Shown here piece by piece: positions 63,544-64,000 of a DNA stretch of 64,000 bases. The DNA comes from an uncultured Akkermansia sp. (GTDB lineage Bacteria; Verrucomicrobiota; Verrucomicrobiia; Verrucomicrobiales; Akkermansiaceae): the NCBI GenBank assembly GCA_947626635.1, contig CANQSY010000001.1, forward strand, positions 592 through 64,591, in the 5' to 3' direction. Numbering within the stretch: the stretch's first letter is position 1; the number at the start of each line of letters is the position of its first letter. The position numbers and the translations under genes are program-made. Under the pieces are notes generated by a model, which saw only the letters and a program-made list of their open reading frames with translations, was not told where the DNA came from and searched no databases.

Positions 63544-63630
63544 CTTCTCGTTCAGGGGGTGGAGGGTTCGTTTCCGTCGGTGAAGCGTCGTGACGCATCG
63601 ACGGAGCTCCCGCATCGTTGCGGCTTGCGT

Positions 63631-63659
63631 ACTGTAGCGTAAAATCGGCCCTCTGTCAA
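63631..63659 (-). promoter_or_regulatory. Promoter of gltA
   Basis: TTGACA-17bp-TACAGT. Confidence 0.65.
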
Positions 63660-63725
63660 CACATCCGTCCCAAGAAAAAACACCCCCAATAAGTGGTTAA
63701 CGGCGTATCACGCAGCATAAGTTGT

Positions 63726-64000
63726 TGATTATTTACGAATTACGATTTCAGGGAATTCGCGCGCGAAGCGCGGGATATGCCAAGCAGTAGCGAAGCGGAA
63801 TTTTCGGGAGCAATGGTGATAGTAGCTAGAAAGGGAAGAGGAAGAAGAGCCGGGCTGCGCCTATTTACGATTTACGATTTACGATTTGGGATGCTAGCGC
63901 GCCAGTGGCGCGGGGGAGCAAAGCCGCCGATGGATCGGAGGCCGATTGGATAAAAGCGCGGCTTTTGTCCAGCCTTCCTCCCCCGTCCGCACCTGCTTGA
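63726..64000 (+). repeat. Modular repeat array running to the window end
   Basis: Cores at 63730 and 63862; GGGAATTCGCGCGCGAAGCGCG module; GGATAAAAGC-GCG-GCTTTTGTCC module. Confidence 0.9.

Noticed and set aside
1-64000. tRNA, rRNA, riboswitch (e.g. FMN before ribBA) or transposase genes
   Set aside because: None recognised. ribBA overlaps the glnS stop, leaving no room for a leader, and the intergenic spaces are filled by the repeat family or promoters.

Overview
This is a GC-rich bacterial chromosomal window, probably from an Akkermansia-like Verrucomicrobiota organism (an inference from gene content and protein style). It holds about 50 CDS, mostly housekeeping or nutrient-related: a GH2 beta-galactosidase, a POT transporter, comM, hflX, recR, fabF, dapAB-folK-panB, lysS, a peptide ABC transporter, a menD-like gene, glnS, ribBA, ftsH, rsfS, gatB, a DEAD-box helicase, ruvC, uvrD, a Ktr/Trk K+ system, argA, secA and gltA. 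I saw no rRNA, tRNA, CRISPR array, integrase or transposase. The main unexplained structure is a modular intergenic repeat family at about 14 loci (roughly 6% of the window). Its core is a GC hairpin whose stem sequence varies while staying paired, followed by (C)TATTTACGA and heptamer tandems. Cores alternate at about 130-150 bp spacing with a small set of palindromic modules rich in c(GNA)g triloops. By eye, 25 of 26 cores lie on the + strand whatever the orientation of neighbouring genes. All four accessory modules (hicAB, yefM-yoeB, an AAA_14/DUF4143 ATPase, and an ABC-type ATPase plus PD-(D/E)xK nuclease pair) are on the - strand and sit against these arrays, three of them flanked on both sides. 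That suggests a possible ssDNA-hairpin cassette capture or mobility system, which remains a hypothesis. Other points: a MITE-like insert, a 71-bp direct repeat, two small genes missed by the ORF track (a bS22-like protein and a lipoprotein) and several probable leaderless promoters. All motif calls are by eye; no searches were run.
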